DNA of 24,276 nt, taken from Pirellulales bacterium (GTDB lineage: Bacteria > Planctomycetota > Planctomycetia > Pirellulales > JBGTDH01). This document shows, piece by piece, positions 23,885 to 24,276 of the stretch. Position 1 is the first letter of the stretch. Each line of letters starts with the position of its first letter. The notes under the pieces are model-generated. The model made no database searches and was not told the DNA's origin. It was given only the letters and a program-made list of their open reading frames with translations. A program made the position numbers and the translations under genes. The stretch covers positions 1 to 24,276 of the forward strand of contig JBGTDH010000310.1 of NCBI GenBank assembly GCA_041748435.1. The letters are read 5' to 3'.

Positions 23885-24276
23885 ATGATGTCGGAACCAG
23901 CCGTCTGTTGTCCCGGGTTCTCACAGGCTCGGCAATCGCGTCGAACGGTGCTCCAGGCCGGAGCTTTGGGCCTGGCGGGCCTCACGCATGCCGATCTGCT
24001 GCGGGCCGAGCAGGGCGGCCGCACCCGGGGCGCGACAGCACGCAGCGTCATCTTGCTGTTTCAGTTCGGCGGTCCGAGCCATTTGGACACCTTCGATCCC
24101 AAGCCGGATGCTCCGCGGGAGATTCGCGGCGAGTTCGGGGTCATCGACACTAAAGTTCCCGGGCGCAGCGTTACCGAGCACCTGCCGCGGTTGGCCGGCA
24201 TCGCCGATAAGTACTCGCTCGTTCATGGCGTGCATCACAAGAGCTCCAGCCACAATCCGGGGGCCTACGTTTCGCT
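23885..24276 (+). CDS. DUF1501 family protein, N-terminal part (runs off the window; absent from the ORF track)
   Basis: AAGGAG SD, then MMSEPAVCCPGFSQARQSRRTVLQAGALGLAGL...VILLFQFGGPSHLDTFDPKPDAPREIRGEF...EHLPRLA, with no stop before the window end. Confidence 0.92.
   Translation, partial: MMSEPAVCCPGFSQARQSRRTVLQAGALGLAGLTHADLLRAEQGGRTRGATARSVILLFQFGGPSHLDTFDPKPDAPREIRGEFGVIDTKVPGRSVTEHLPRLAGIADKYSLVHGVHHKSSSHNPGAYVS

Noticed and set aside
23842-24253. Minus-strand ORFs at the window end
   Set aside because: Antisense to the clear plus-strand DUF1501 N-terminus that starts at 23885.

Overview
GC-rich bacterial window, almost certainly from a Planctomycetota (Pirellulales-like) genome, judged from the DUF1501, DUF1549/1553, DUF1552 and DUF4058 families and a Planctomycete-type LRR gene. 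From left to right it holds: (1) the 3' end of a sulfatase, an atypical metallophosphoesterase and a DUF1080-LamG fusion; (2) a DUF433 antitoxin followed by an internally deleted DUF5615-type toxin relic; (3) a minus-strand ynbA-ynbB-(membrane protein)-ynbC-ynbD-like lipid-modification operon with a 1-nt frameshift in ynbB; (4) a DUF4058 gene and a low-GC, doubly frameshifted LRR pseudogene; (5) the housekeeping run coaE-rho-ribH-nusB-ftsY, whose spacers carry heptamer-repeat hairpins and a REP-like inverted repeat; (6) a small antitoxin-like gene coupled to an HNH nuclease truncated before its catalytic motif; (7) a DUF1552 -> DUF1549/1553 -> DUF1501 operon, then a second, divergent DUF1549/1553 <-> DUF1501 pair cut by the window end. 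I found no rRNA, tRNA, CRISPR array or transposase. All family calls come from motif recognition by eye; no database search was run. The most notable points are two toxin-antitoxin-like pairs that each lost only the toxin, palindromic heptamer arrays on both sides of nusB, a DUF1552 gene wired to a non-standard partner set, and a recurrent GTGATATRWTC extended -10 motif.
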